The notes: a model not told the origin generated them from the sequence alone. A stretch of 64,000 nucleotides of DNA from Antedon mediterranea (GCF_964355755.1 NC_092674.1:23064001-23128000); one strand, 5' to 3'. Positions 38,295 through 51,842 are shown, counted from the first letter of the stretch. Made by a program: numbers and translations.

Positions 38295-41200
38295 TTACAC
38301 AGTGTAGGCATAAATATTTTCAACTTCCTCGTCTATCATTGGTTTACGGTAATGGAAATATTCCTGGAAATTATGACGAATACCTCGGTCAAATGGGTTG
38401 TGGTAGTGGCCGTTAGCGTCTTTTAAGTAATCATATTTCTTATAGTTGATTCGTTCATTTGTGTTGGTATTCGTAATTGCCATAAACCACTGGAAAATAA
38501 AAAAGGTATGTTAAATAAGAACGTGAAGAAAGGCATGGCTTAGGAAGGGGAGTTATTTAAAAAGTATCTATAGTTCAAAGTGGGCTCTCACAAAAGACAA
38601 AACAATAATATGTATACAATAGATCCGCTATTAAGGGACACATTTGGTACCCAACCAAGGGGTGTCTATTAAGGGTTGACCATCGTGTTAAAATAGACAT
38701 TTCCACTAATTCGTTTCATTGTAAATTTTCCCCTGAATGTAGATGTCCCACAAGAGCTCCTACTATTAGATGCAAAGACATAAACGCAATACAAATGACT
38801 AAAAAAAACGATGAGCCAAAATCATCTAAAGCCCCTGTATTTATGGGTTAAATACTTTGGTTGCATAATAGTGGGCACCTAGCCTAGAAATAGCCTCAAA
38901 TTGGAATTCTGAGTGGGTACCTAGCTTTAAGAAATAGCTGTAACAGTCTCAAATTGGAGTGTATTGTAAACAATAACAGAATCACAATTAGAGTACGTTA
39001 ATTCTCAAAAAGCTTACCGTGGCAAAACATAAACCAGAAGTTATTAGGCCGAAGAAACTGCATTCGGCAATGCCTATGGCATACAAGACATTCCAGCCTT
39101 CCAAGTTGATGATGATGTAGGAAAAGTAAAAGGTAAATAAAGATAGCAATGACACACAAGTTGTGAAGCCTACAAAGTATGTCCTAAAAACAGAAAAAAA
39201 TATATTATTCATTTCCCTTATTTCAGATAGTACATCCATATACAAATCTTATTAAAATTATAAAATATATTCAAGATTACGTACAAATTACTTTGGATAT
39301 TAAGTATGGATAAACTATTTTATAATTGTTCGTATTAAGGTAGTGGAGTTTAAAGTTGTGAGTTACCACTCTTGCACTTGGTCAGGATTGAACCCTGGAC
39401 CTTGGGATTGGAAGGCAAGCAAGCACATAAACCACCAAGCTACATTCCCACTACTAGCATACTTTCTGGAGTCACAATGCCAATTGGTTTGGGAGCATAT
39501 CGTTTTCTGATGATTAATAATCTCTGACGCCATGTTGTATGAAAACGTTTGAAATAGAAATTATCAAACCAAACATTTGTTACTTATCAATGGATTCATA
39601 ATCTCTGCCGTTATTGTCCAAAAACAACAATTCAAAACATATAGAGCGACTTACCTATTTCTATATCCTACACAGTTATACACATATGGACAATGATGGT
39701 CAAAATGCGCTACGCATCGGTTACATATACGACAGTGCTTGGCTCTCATTGGTTTAACCAGATGACACGTATGACACAGACGCTTTAATGGATTTTGACC
39801 CTGTTTCCATTCATCAAAGTGAGCTACCTGTAAAACAAAATTGAAATACTGGTTTATAGAAAGCAAAACTATGCATTCAGGACCAAACAAAGTATTCAAT
39901 TAGTAAGGGTGTCCCCAGAATTAGGGTTTGTCGTAGTTTTATAACATATATTTCCCCTTGTTCAGTTGGAAAGTGTCCCCCTCAATAGGAGTGTCCCAAA
40001 TTAGTAGTTCTACTGTATTACTACAAGCTACTCTAAACAAGGCAATCTACAGGATGCTGAGCTCCAGAGATAAAAGGGTTTATCTGTTGCTGCGACACGA
40101 TCAGTTCCACACTCCTTAACAGACACCGCACGCAGCGGAGATTATGTCCGTAGTACAGTACTGTTGGTATTTTTCGCAGCCAGACATAAGATCAAAAGAC
40201 TGTTACGATTTCCTATCTTGGCAAGGTGAGCCAAGTGTCCTGTTGTTAGATTGCCTTGCTCTAAATGCACTTACTCTTTTAATTGCTTGATCATAATCTG
40301 AGGAATTCTTTGGAAGAAACCCTGGATCCATTGTGTACGCTTTATACAACATGTACCACATGACAATATTAACAGCTATAAATAGATAATGAATTCCAGG
40401 TGAAAGGGCAAAGGTAGCCGGCACACACTGAAAAAAAATTTAATGTGATATTAAATTCTTTGACAACAGAATTGCTAATTTAAAAATGAAAGCATTCAGA
40501 AACAACTGAGTGAAGTACTTGGAAAAATATATCAGGGAAAACTATATTCTAAAGAGAGATGGCTCACTACTTGATATTTCGGCCCCATGTTATATAAATC
40601 GAAAGGCAAGTAATGACAATGCTGTGGGTATATCAGTGGCTGGATCTCAATTGAGATACAAAATAAAATAAGCAAAAAGCTAAATCAAAACGATAAAGTA
40701 AAACAACCTGAAAAATTAGCAGAGCTTTCGGGCAACACTAGCCCTTCATTAGTGCAAGGTCCCAAGGAATACAGAGGGCGTGCTATTTTATATTTCAGCT
40801 CATAATGAAGATACAGGTACCTCTGACTTTAATATAATAAGCTTTTGTGATGTCACCAATTCTTCTGAAAATCAATACGCATGTTCTGCAAGTATATACT
40901 TATAAACACCCCAACATTCTGGACAATAATTTAAACAAATGTGGATGCTATCGTGCGAACAAACAAAGCAAGTACTTGACAAAAATTAATTTTGCCAAGT
41001 AAAAAGATATTTTAGTTGAAATTCATATTGTATAATATTGTGTTAATGTGTTAATACTAGGCAGAGTTATAAATTCAAATATCAATAAATCTTTTGTCTA
41101 GGAATTCAAATACAGTAATAAAGTCTTAGGAACCAACCATAACATTTCCAAAACAAACAAAAAACTGATTTACAGTACTGTCTTAATTTCATTTCATAAT

Positions 41201-44200
41201 CTAATAATTATTTACAAAGAACCAATATATTACCTTAAATATGTACATTGGGTATCCCCAAAATAAAACATTGAAAATATAAAACAGAAAAGGACCTTTG
41301 CTTTTGCCGGCAGGACCAAATATAATACTCCTAAATAAAAAGAGAGAGAGAAAATATTTTTAGTAATACATAAAAAATTTAACTGCTCTTTCTAACCATA
41401 TAGAGAGAATTTCTTTTATTTCCCTACTCAATTCTTTTCTGTCCTAAAACAACTGTTTGTCTTTGATTACCTTTTTGGAAAGAAATACTGTAGGTACACA
41501 GGCCTACTCTGAAAACAATAAAATAACTTATTGGGATAGCGATTAAATTTACTTTGTTCAATAAAGTGATGGGGCACTGTAAAGGTGGCGCTGTCCTTTC
41601 AAGCGATGCTTGTACACTGTTGAAAGCTCTTAAATATCTGTTTGTAGTGATCGTTTATCTGATTTCTATCAAAGTTTTGTGGTGGTGGTGGGATACGTTT
41701 TATGTATCTATTTTATGTTGTTACCTATTTATTTCATCAATTAATTGCCCCCCAGAAGGAATGTTTGTACGTAGTAATCCGTTGATGTACTCGTGTGATG
41801 TATTGTTTGGCTTACGTAACACCCACGGGTGTGAGTCTGTCATTGCCGGAATTCCAACCGAACTTACCAGGTGTTTCAACAATACAGATAGCAGTTCAGA
41901 ACAACCAACCAGGCAAACAACCTATAAACGTAAGTGAGGAAGGAGGGGTGGCATTAAGCACAGATTACAAAAGAGACCAAACAGACTACCATTACCAACC
42001 ATCGTACTCTCCAACGATAGATCTCTGTGCAATAAAATAGATGAACTGTCTGCTCTAATAAATTATGACCGTGGAATCCGAAATAATTTGTTTTGTTTCA
42101 TCAAAACATGGCTCCGTGAAGACATTAGCGATACACAAGTGGAACTCAGTGGATATACGATAGTAAGATGTGATCGCACAGAAGCTGCTAATAAAACTAA
42201 AGGAGGTGGAGTATGCTGTTACATGAGTAATAAATGGTGTCTGATATAACTGTTACCTTAATATATCCTGATATTGAACTGCTCTCTATCTCCCTGAGGC
42301 CATTCTATCTACCAAGGGAATTTGGATGTTTAACAATTATTCTTGTTTATATTCCTCCTGACGGAAACTAATCACATTGCCGAACAGGAGCAAGTTTTTT
42401 CAGCCCGTTCTCCAGGAAGTCCTACTTTCATACTTGGCGACTTTAATCATTGTTGCCTAAACAGAATATTACCAAACTACAAACAGTATGTTATTGTTAC
42501 GTGCACTACTAGAGGCAATAGTACACTCGATCTTTGTTATGGAACAATACCCGGCGCTATAAAACTTCCTCCTGTTGGCGAATCCGATCATGATGTTATA
42601 CAACTACTTCCGCTCTATAAGCAAAAATTAAAGAAGTCTTGCAAACCTGAAGTTAAACACGTAAAGTTGTGGTATCCAGAGCATATCGAGCATTTGAAGA
42701 ACTGTCTTGATGCAACTAATTCGGAGGTTTTCACGGAATCGGCAAGTGATATTGATGAATTAACTGTGACTGTTTCCGCATATATAACTTTTTGTGAAAG
42801 CCTAACTATCCCAACAAACAAGTTAAACTTTTTTCTAATGACAAACCCTGGATTGATCAGGGTGTAAAAGCTGCCATTAGAAATAAAAAGATTGGCTTAT
42901 CTTAGTAATGATGTCTCTAAACCGAAAATAGCTAAACGTAAACTTAAATCAAGTATTAAAAAAGGCAAACGAAGATTTAAAAAGAGAATTGAAACACATT
43001 TCCATCACACTTGTCGCTTCCTGGACATGATGATAGCAGCCTTGCAATGTCTCTTAATCATTTTTATACTAGATTCGACTCCTTTAATGTTGAAAATAAC
43101 ATAACACACTTTTGTAACAATCTTTGCCCCACAAATAAAGTTTGTATTTCCATTAATGACGTAACAAAACTGTTCCGTAAAACTAACTCCAGGAAAGCCG
43201 CTGGTGTTGACAAGCTTTGCGGAAGATTAATTAAAGAATGTGCACAGCAGTTACAGTAGTCTACATATTACAAAACTATATTTCAAATCTCTTTAAACTC
43301 TTCGGTTGTCCCATCGATTTGGAAACACTCGTTGATCGTACCGTTACCTAAATCGAAATCTGTAAAAGTGTTAAATGACTTTAGACCAATAGCACTTACT
43401 TCATTGATTATGAAATGCTTTAAACGATTTATTTCTCATTTGATTAAACACGTAGTTGAATTTCAGTTGGACCCCATGCAATTCAGAAACATCTAAATAA
43501 GAAGAGCACATACTACCGTCTCCTGTTTATTGACTTTTCATCAGCATTTAATACTCTTCAATATCATACCCTGTTATCTAAACTTAAACAACTCAACATG
43601 AATCCTTATCTAACCCTTTGGATCAGAAGTTTCCTTCCTTCCTCAACAAGTAAATACATCCTCTACACAAACTATTACCACCCTGTGTGCGAATCCTGCA
43701 TGGCGATCAAATATGCAGATGATACTGCATTAGTTGGTCTAATTTCTGATAACGCCTCTCGTGAACGAAACGATTATTATTGTGAAGTTTTGCATCTTAC
43801 TAAATGGTGTAAAAACAATTATTTAATTCTAAACACTTAAAAAACATGTGAAATGATCAATTGACTTTAGAAATGATAAAACCCATAACGCAGTTAAGAT
43901 TGGTGATGATAGGATCAATATAGTTTCTCAGTGTAAATATTTAGGTACTGTATTGGACGATAAACTTAATTGGACCCCCAATACACTATATCTATATAAA
44001 AAAGGAAAAAAACCATTGTACATAATGCACCAATTACGTAAATTTAATATTGATCCAAAAATTATTGAATTATATTATAATTCGATGATATCCAGTGTGA
44101 TTTATTTTTGTTTTATAGTCTGGGGCGATAGCCGTACAGCTAATGACATGGGTCTCCTAGAGAGAATTTGTAAAAAATCTAGTAAAAAAGCTAAGTTAAA

Positions 44201-47200
44201 CGTATGCGACATTAAGTCTAAATATGTAGTTGCGACCCTTAAAATGGTAGAGCGTATACTCGCACATCCGTCTCATCCCTTATTTTTAAAATCCAAATTT
44301 CTCCCATCATTAGTCTCTTTACACTCAAACTGGCAGATACTGTATAGAAAGTCATTTATTCCAAAATCCATAACTATATATAACAGTGAAACATCTAGAT
44401 ACGATTAGTATTACTATAACTGTGTCTTACCGTATTGTAAGCATCATGACAATTAGTTATTGGAATTTCTTTTTTGCCTGTATACTCTTTGTATCTTTTG
44501 ATGTGCTTTTTCATTATCGTGTTTTTTGATGGTTTTTTTTTATTTTAAGAGCTTTGTCTGTGTACAAACTTCAAATTTTAAATATTTTATATATTTGACA
44601 ATAAATGCTGTACAAGCAGCGCATTCATACAGGTTATTCCCTCATATGTACATTATACGCTTAAATAAATAAAACAAAAAATACGTACTTAAAATTGATT
44701 TGTGGGATAAAGCTAGCCTTGTTTTTACTCTCTCCTTCAATATATGAGATGAGATCTTTATGGTTGCGGCCCTGTGCTAACATTAATGGCGTCTTCTGGT
44801 TGTGATCTGGTCGGTCAATATCTACACCGTCCTGCTCGCAAAGCATTTTCACAGTATTGAGGTCACCACTAATACAAGCAAGATGGAGAGGGGTCTGAAA
44901 AAACAATAAAATGAGGTTCTGACATTTGTTTTTAATAAAAATATAAATTTATGAATAAATGTATATGAAATGAAAATATTATACATCTATATTGTCAATT
45001 CCAACACAATCATAGCTCAACAGCAAGCCACCTTGGAGAGTTGCATGTCATCAACCAATCAGATATGCCAGATTGAAGACACGCCCCTTAAGCAGACAAG
45101 GCTCAATACAATATGCCTATAAACATTCCTCAAATGCAAAACACTTTCCAGACACTGTATGTATTATATCATTTTTTTTTAAAGTGATAATTACTATGAT
45201 AGTGATAAATTCAATACCTGTCCATAATTATCAATTTGCCGTGGGTTAAAACCTGAATAAATTAGAAGTCTCGTCAGTTCACAATGGCCTAGAACAGAAA
45301 AATAAATACATATATTTATATAACTCTAAAAACATAACAAAATTAAACTTATTCAATTCATCAACACTTAAAAACCCTTCTTTATCACAGAATATAACTA
45401 TAAAACAAATAATTTATTATTTATTACTTTTAATGCAGTTTAAATTTCACAGCAAATTAATATACTGTACATACAAAAATAAATTTTACCATGACAAATA
45501 TTTTGTATTTAAAATGTTTAACAGAAAAATAAAAACAAAAAGACAAAATAAATAAATGTATTATGTAATACAGTTACCTTTATTTTATTTCCATAAGTTA
45601 AAAAATATCTTGAATAAAAAAACTAATTTGCATAAAACTAATTTGCATAGTACCTTTAAATGCAGCCCAATGAAGTGCATTATCGCCTTCACGGTCGGTC
45701 AACTGTAACCTAGCACCCTTGGCCATTAGGTAACATGCTAATGTTGTCTGCCCATACTGGCAAGCAATGATCAAAGGTGAACAACCCTGGAAACAAAAAA
45801 CAAATGTGAAAAATGTCTTTTATATTACAGTATTATCTCTGAAACTATTGTATCAAAAATATATACACACATATTGTTATATTTATTGCGTATAAATTAA
45901 TAAATTGAAATATGGTAATTCCAACAATCTCATTTGTTTCACAAGGAACTGCTCCTTAATAAGGTGTCCCCTGAATAGGAGTGTCCCCTGAATATGAGTG
46001 TCCCCATAATAGGAGTGTCTTCCAAATATGGGTGTCCCAAAGGAGGGGTCCTATTTTAGTTTTTTTTTTTCAGGAAGTCTAGTTATGGGGTAGTGGGCTG
46101 TATAATATATTATAAAAAATATTTTACTTTACTTTTAATTGTACTGTACTTGCTACTACTCGCCCTATGAAAGAGGGGTCACAAGTTCAAATTCAGACAG
46201 TGTATTTTTTTTTTTCAATATGTTTTTGATGACTATAATAATCAATATAAAAATGAATGTTTCTTTCCAAAAGCAGTAACTCTAGAATGTCATGATTAAT
46301 GTTGGCATTCTCTTATGTAATCATTTTTGCATTTTCCTGTTCCTCTAATTTCATTAGCTAGCTGCTGTGTTTCGGGTAAATCATTTTATATAATATCTTA
46401 AATAGTCCAATGTAATATAAAAAATGTACTGTCTCTCCAAGGCATGAAAGAAAACAAAATTAGGCACAATTTGTAGTTTTAATACAGTTATTTCCACTTT
46501 TGTTGGCAAAAAAAATAAAAATAAAAAAAATAAATAAAAATAATAAATTGTTACGCTTTAGCAGAATCCTGTTGTCTGAGACATACAATGGGCTTTATTT
46601 TTTCCCGTTGATTGGGTAAATTTTTGGACAAGGTGACATACAGTTGTAAAATAACGTATTGGAAATCTCATTCCTTGTATTTTTAACACATCCTAAAGCA
46701 ACTACACTAGATCACGAAGTAAAGGAAGGAAATACTATATCTAACCTATATCTACCGTAGTTGGTAATAACAGTTGTTTGTTACAAGGCAATCTAACAAC
46801 AGGACACTGAGCTTTCTTGCCAAGATAGGCTATTGTAACAGACTCTGATCTGCAATTAGACTTCACGAATTCATAGAAAGCAGTAGAATTCTAGGCTATG
46901 TACACCATATGTCTTTTATTGCTAATTGATTGTATTCTGGTATTTAAAAAGGTCTGATTTTTTACGAATATGAAATTTAAATAGTTTTTTCTTTTCTTGA
47001 ATTGAAATTATGTGTACCGTTAAATTTCATTTTGACAATGCTGACATTAAAATGCATTAAAACAAGATGATGTACCAAAATAGTGCATCTCATACATTCT
47101 CATTTATTCTAGCATTGATTAAATTTATATTGAAAGTGGGAAGGGTTTTTGAATTAAATCAATGATATAACGTACAGATTATGGATGGTACCGTTTTGGT

Positions 47201-48645
47201 ACTACCAGTCATGTACATCCTAATAAAATTTTGTGGAAGCCAATTAGCCAATGGTAAATCAATCAAACGTGTAGGGGCGGGGCATAATCACATCGGGCGC
47301 CAAACATTTCCGTTTGATCTAGGAAAGCATACACATTTCCTGTTGTTTGATTGCCTTGGTTACAACTCTGGTACTAGGTCCAGACCTTTGAATACAAACA
47401 CATGAACCACCAACCTACAGGTGCAAGTCCTTACCTTATTATCAATAGTATCAATGTTAACCCCTGCTTGTAAAAGAATATCAACAATAGCAACATGTCC
47501 GTTCACACATGCCCAGTGTATTGGACGTGGGCCTAAGTCATTTTTACTCTGTGGATCTGTAATTAAAATGAAAAAAATAATGAATTATTAAACTTAACAT
47601 TTTTATTCTAGGAAATTTTCTTTAATTGAAATAAAAAATTACATAAACACATTTGTATTACCATCTATCAAATTTTCTAAGTAATATTGACATTTTGTTG
47701 TCAATATTTTTATCTCTTACCCAAGTTGCATTTTTGCTCAACCATAAGCCTAATGATGTTGGTATGGCCACCAAGGGCCGCCCAATGTATTGGTGTGTGT
47801 CCCTTTTCATCTGTTCTGGTTAAAACATCAGCGCCTTCTTCTTCAATTATTTCTTGTACACGTATAAGAAACCTATTTTTTATAGAAAAAAAATTAACAA
47901 AATTGACAGTAATCGTATGAAATGCATTTTCTGAATAGGGGTTGGCCACAGGGTTAAAAAATATCCCCTACGGTAGTTTGTTTCACAGGAAAATTCCCCT
48001 TAAATCAATATAGATAATAGAAGCATCCCCTCAAGCCGTTAGCTAGAAATTTTACACTGCGTTTTTTTGCTGGACATCATTTATCAACACATTTGCTGGT
48101 CTCAAAGTTTAAGTGCACTTTTAGACAGGGTCACAAAGAAAGAGTTCTACTGTATTTCTCAATTGAGATCCATCTAAATCCATACAATACATAGGCTAAG
48201 CCATGATCTACAGTCTACAATCGGATGGTTCATGTTTTTAAATTGTTCATGTTCAAATCAATTATTATGTTGTATCAAATATGAACCCTTTTTCATTATG
48301 TTAAAACATTGTTTATTTAGTTATTATTAAATACTCTATCTCCAAAGTACAAACAAAAATGCATGTTTTTCAGAGATAAAATTGTGTTAGGCCTAGGCCT
48401 AGGCCTAGAAAATGGAAAGCAGTGCCAAGCCGAGATCCCCTTCCCGGCACCTGGTCAAAAGATTAAGATACGGTCGACCCATCGCTGACTGCAGTGTTTA
48501 CCGATACTTCTTTTGGCAATTATAACCAAACTTACCCCGATTTAATAGTTAAAAAGATGTCCGTAGCTCTCCGTGATGCATCATTAGACCTTTCTTTTCC
48601 ATGATCTTTGCAATCATGGCCTGAATGATGTTCTTTTGAACTCAT
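38295..48645 (-). CDS. Ankyrin-repeat DHHC palmitoyltransferase (Patsas / AKR1 / ZDHHC13-17-like), 11 exons, ~525 aa
   Basis: Exons: 48536-48645, 47721-47872, 47435-47556, 45654-45786, 45218-45288, 44689-44894, 41234-41330, 40275-40427, 39655-39827, 39018-39183, 38295-38489. Total 1578 nt with consistent phases. Ankyrin motifs [27 protein letters not shown] and GQTPLHLAC are present. So are DPG, the [34 protein letters not shown] catalytic domain, a TTxE-like NTNE and NPFDRG. Confidence 0.93.
39338..39455 (-). mobile_element. tRNA-derived SINE (same family as 2189-2315)
   Basis: Reverse complement reads AGTAGTGGGAATGTAGCTTGGTGG...GGGTTCAATCCTGACCAAGTG...AACTCCACTACCT. Confidence 0.7.
40038..40258. 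mobile_element. P-like MITE with 7-bp TSD
   Basis: TIRs CAAGGCAATCTA...TAGATTGCCTTG. TSD CTCTAAA at 40031-40037 and 40259-40265. A related fragment lies at ~46785-46852. Confidence 0.75.
40719..40755 (-). ncRNA. Degenerate minimal type I hammerhead ribozyme (Penelope-like element remnant)
   Basis: Minus strand reads GCA-CTAATGA-A-GGGC-TAGTGTT-GCCC-GAAA-GC-TC-TGC. This gives stem I GCA/TGC, a stem II hairpin, GAAA, a palindromic AGCT stem III and a UC cleavage site. The core CUGAUGA is mutated to CUAAUGA. Confidence 0.65.
41575..44610 (+). mobile_element. Decayed non-LTR retrotransposon (Rex1/Babar-like LINE), antisense in intron 6 of the DHHC gene
   Basis: APE endonuclease remnants ([29 protein letters not shown]) and RT remnants ([58 protein letters not shown]). 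Broken by stops, frameshifts and loss of the QG motif segment. Confidence 0.9.
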
Positions 48646-49194
48646 TTCTAATAACAAATCTAGCCTAACAATTTTCGTCGCGGTGGTGGATTGTTGCTGT
48701 GTGTGTGGTGGAAGCTTGCTTGTTGCAGTGTAGCTATGGTCGAAAACAATAACGTGTTCGAGACTACACAATCGTGCCAAACCGTTAAGTACACACGTTA
48801 TACTACCTACATAAGCATCTTGTTAAAAATATTATTACAAAATATTTCTCATCTTTTTATTACATATTTCACATTCTATATAAAACATTATTAATAAAAG
48901 ATACAGTGTAAAATAAGCTACCTAATATTGCGGGTTATTTCAGTTTTGATATTAGAAAAATATCTAAAACATAGGCTGGAACATATAGTTTGAATGTAAT
49001 TATGAAAAATATTTATTATTATTGCTATTGCCATGCCTACAAAACAATAAGCAGATGCTTAAAAAGAGCTACTTTCCCTTTCTATTACAATTATTGCATG
49101 TATATATAATTTCACACAAATACGATTAGACTAGTGCGTAAGCTTTATTAGATTATAAGCCCTTGTAATATAAATATTTTATTAAACCATAGGC

Positions 49195-49671
49195 CTACCT
49201 ATTTATTTTGTCTTCTTCTTGAATTTCTTTTTCCCTTTTCTTTAATTCTTCTTGTCGTTTAATTTTCTTATATAAATCATTTCGTCTTATTGCTTCCTCT
49301 TGCGACCAAGTAGGCCATTTCAGACTTGAAAACCACGAAAATACCCAAAATGGTATGATACGAAAAAAACAACTTCTTTTTGGTTTTCTTGCCTTTGATC
49401 GAGCTTTAGCATGAGCGACATTCTCTTCAAAGGTTTTTGGAATGTCTGGAAAATTCCTTGTCAATGCCCTTTCCCAATTAAGACTAAGAGACTTCCTATC
49501 GGATGCTTCTTCACATGCTAAGGATGGCAGGTAGCAATCTTCAGCAGGTCGCTCTGGTCGACAGTCAGTTATTGCGTTGGACAAGTCTTCAGAAGATTTC
49601 ATATCGTCTGCTGGTGCATCCTCCCCTTTAGTATGTTGTCCGTCAAATCTATTTCGCACACCACCATTCAT
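49195..49671 (-). CDS. Intronless 158-aa ORF of unknown function
   Basis: Long, relatively GC-rich ORF in AT-rich DNA with start context aagATG. An acceptor-like tttAG lies just upstream, and AATAAA signals follow the stop (49178-49183, 49144-49149). No recognised domain. Confidence 0.5.
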   Translation of the reverse strand: MNGGVRNRFDGQHTKGEDAPADDMKSSEDLSNAITDCRPERPAEDCYLPSLACEEASDRKSLSLNWERALTRNFPDIPKTFEENVAHAKARSKARKPKRSCFFRIIPFWVFSWFSSLKWPTWSQEEAIRRNDLYKKIKRQEELKKREKEIQEEDKINR

Positions 49672-50509
49672 CTTGATCTAAATTCTACTAGGCCTATAAT
49701 AATTAATATGGTTATGGACGTGTTTCTTCGGGTGAAGGTAGTACACTATTATGTTTGTCACACATTGACGCTTCACTAAGCATTATGAATACTCCATTCA
49801 GGTTATATTGATTTGGTATCTCAGATACAAACGAATTAGCAACTCAACAAAAGGGCGCGACAACCAAAATCTATAGGCTACACATAAAGGTAAAAATAAA
49901 TTTATCACGCAATTATTAGGCCTAACAGCTTTTTTCACAAAAGAAAATGTGGACATTTTGGAAAATTATCGTAAACTGATTCCTTACATCATCGTACAAT
50001 ATGGAAAAGGTTCCATAATGTCTGATTTAGCCTACATCATTTCAATTCAACATTTACAATAACTCCATGGTCTCAGAATGTTGTTTCTCTCCTTTATGGG
50101 ATTTGTAATTTTCATTTTCATAGTTAATTCATTTTCATAATTCATTTCACATATAGGTTTTTTAAAATAAAAGGGTTAGTTTCGCAAAACAATTATCTTA
50201 ACATTGTTGTTAGTTTTCAAAATAAAATATTTTACGTATTGTTTGTCTTCAATCTTTGACAAAGAAACATATTTATAACAATATAACAAGACAAACATAA
50301 GGGAAGAAAATACCATGTTCAATGTTAATGAAATGGATATATAATAATACATAGCATACGTTTAAATGTGAGTAAAAGGTGAGTCCCGTGTTCATTCTGA
50401 ACATAGGGGAATGAGCTGTTAGGAGCTCATTGTACTAAGCCTCGCATTATGTGGTAGGGTGGCCACTTCCTTTCTACGCCGCTTTTTTTCTCCCTAGTAT
50501 TTTCAACTA

Positions 50510-50612
50510 GGTAGGCCTACTCATTTACAGCTGAGTGGACTGGGAGTCTTCAGGAATTGAACCCGGCTCTATCTGTATGACAGTCAAGTGTCCTAATCAC
50601 TCGGCAATCCAA
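50510..50612 (-). mobile_element. Second tRNA-derived SINE family
   Basis: Minus strand reads TGCCGAGTGATTAGG (A box-like) ... GGGTTCAATTCC (B box), followed by CCAGTCCACTCAGCTGTAAATGAGTAGG, which resembles conserved metazoan SINE central domains. Confidence 0.55.
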
Positions 50613-51842
50613 TAGTACAGTAGTAATAGCAAAATAATTAGGCGTAGGCCTATTTCTCTTCTTATTTTATGCGAAAAGCGCAAATCTTACCAGGTTAATG
50701 ATTGTGATGGTAATGGTAAAACAAACTTTTTATTTGTTGGTTGATTAAATAATATAATGATGTTTTAAAAATGACTGTCTAAAATGTCTTTATTTAGACA
50801 TTTTAAATCCAAAGTCTGATATTCATTTCAACCTCGTTGGATTTGCAAACTTTAAAGATTTGTTTTTTTCCTTTTAATTCCTGTCCATCTTCCTTTTTCG
50901 TTTTCAAGATCTAAAATTCCTTGATGATCTTAAACTTGATAAGTGCTCTGATGTTGAAATTTTACATTACCTGTTACTTGTTCACTTTCACATGGACCCA
51001 TTGGAAATAAATTGACTTGTCGATTTTATTGGTTTTATTCAATTTTAATATTTCAATTTTTTTGTATTTTCTTTGTTTGTATTTTAAATGTATTGTTGAA
51101 TGGATGCTAAATGAATAAATGTCAGACAATAACACGAAATAAACAAAATGTAACAATAGTCGTAATTGTATCATTTTAATAATACTTTGCAATATCTCAT
51201 GGTTTATGTATTTAATTTATCAGGCCAAGCACTACAAATATCATAAGTAAATTCATAAGTAAATAAAGGCAAAAATAATAATAATACTAATAATGATCTT
51301 AAAACAATTTCATAATCTGTAAAATATAGTCACCCGGAAAATATTTTACTGCTTTCCGATGCTGTTAAATGGCTTTCATCAATTATGGTTACTGGGCGTG
51401 TCTTGACGACCAATAAGCGCAATGGCAGCAGCAAAATATAGAAATATCATGAACCAGCACGACAAGTTAAAGCAAATTAAATAAATATAATTAAAGAATT
51501 AAGAAGGGTTTAACATCACCGATTTAAGTTATGCTAAAAATCATAAGCTACAAATATATTTTCTTTGGAAATAAAAGAAAGGTCATCATTTTTTATCTTT
51601 GAAGATTAAATTGAACCAAGAGGAACAATATCAGTGCTATGTCCTCGACGAGATTGACGGTAAATTGTTGAGATAAGTTCTGCTGTTAATTCCAAAATTG
51701 TCTATTTTCCCTCCCTCAACAAAAATCGATATTGTTAGCGCTCTCTTGTTTCAGAATTCTGGGCTCTATTTCTGGGTAAATGCTTTCGGCTGTAGCTTTT
51801 ATTTTAGGTGGTGGTCTTACTAATTAAGTAGCATTAACCTAT

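Noticed and set aside
48646-49199. Splicing of the orphan ORF (AG|GTAGGC at its end) into the DHHC first exon
   Set aside because: The available acceptor (~48809) is in a different phase from the donor, and poly(A) signals intervene.
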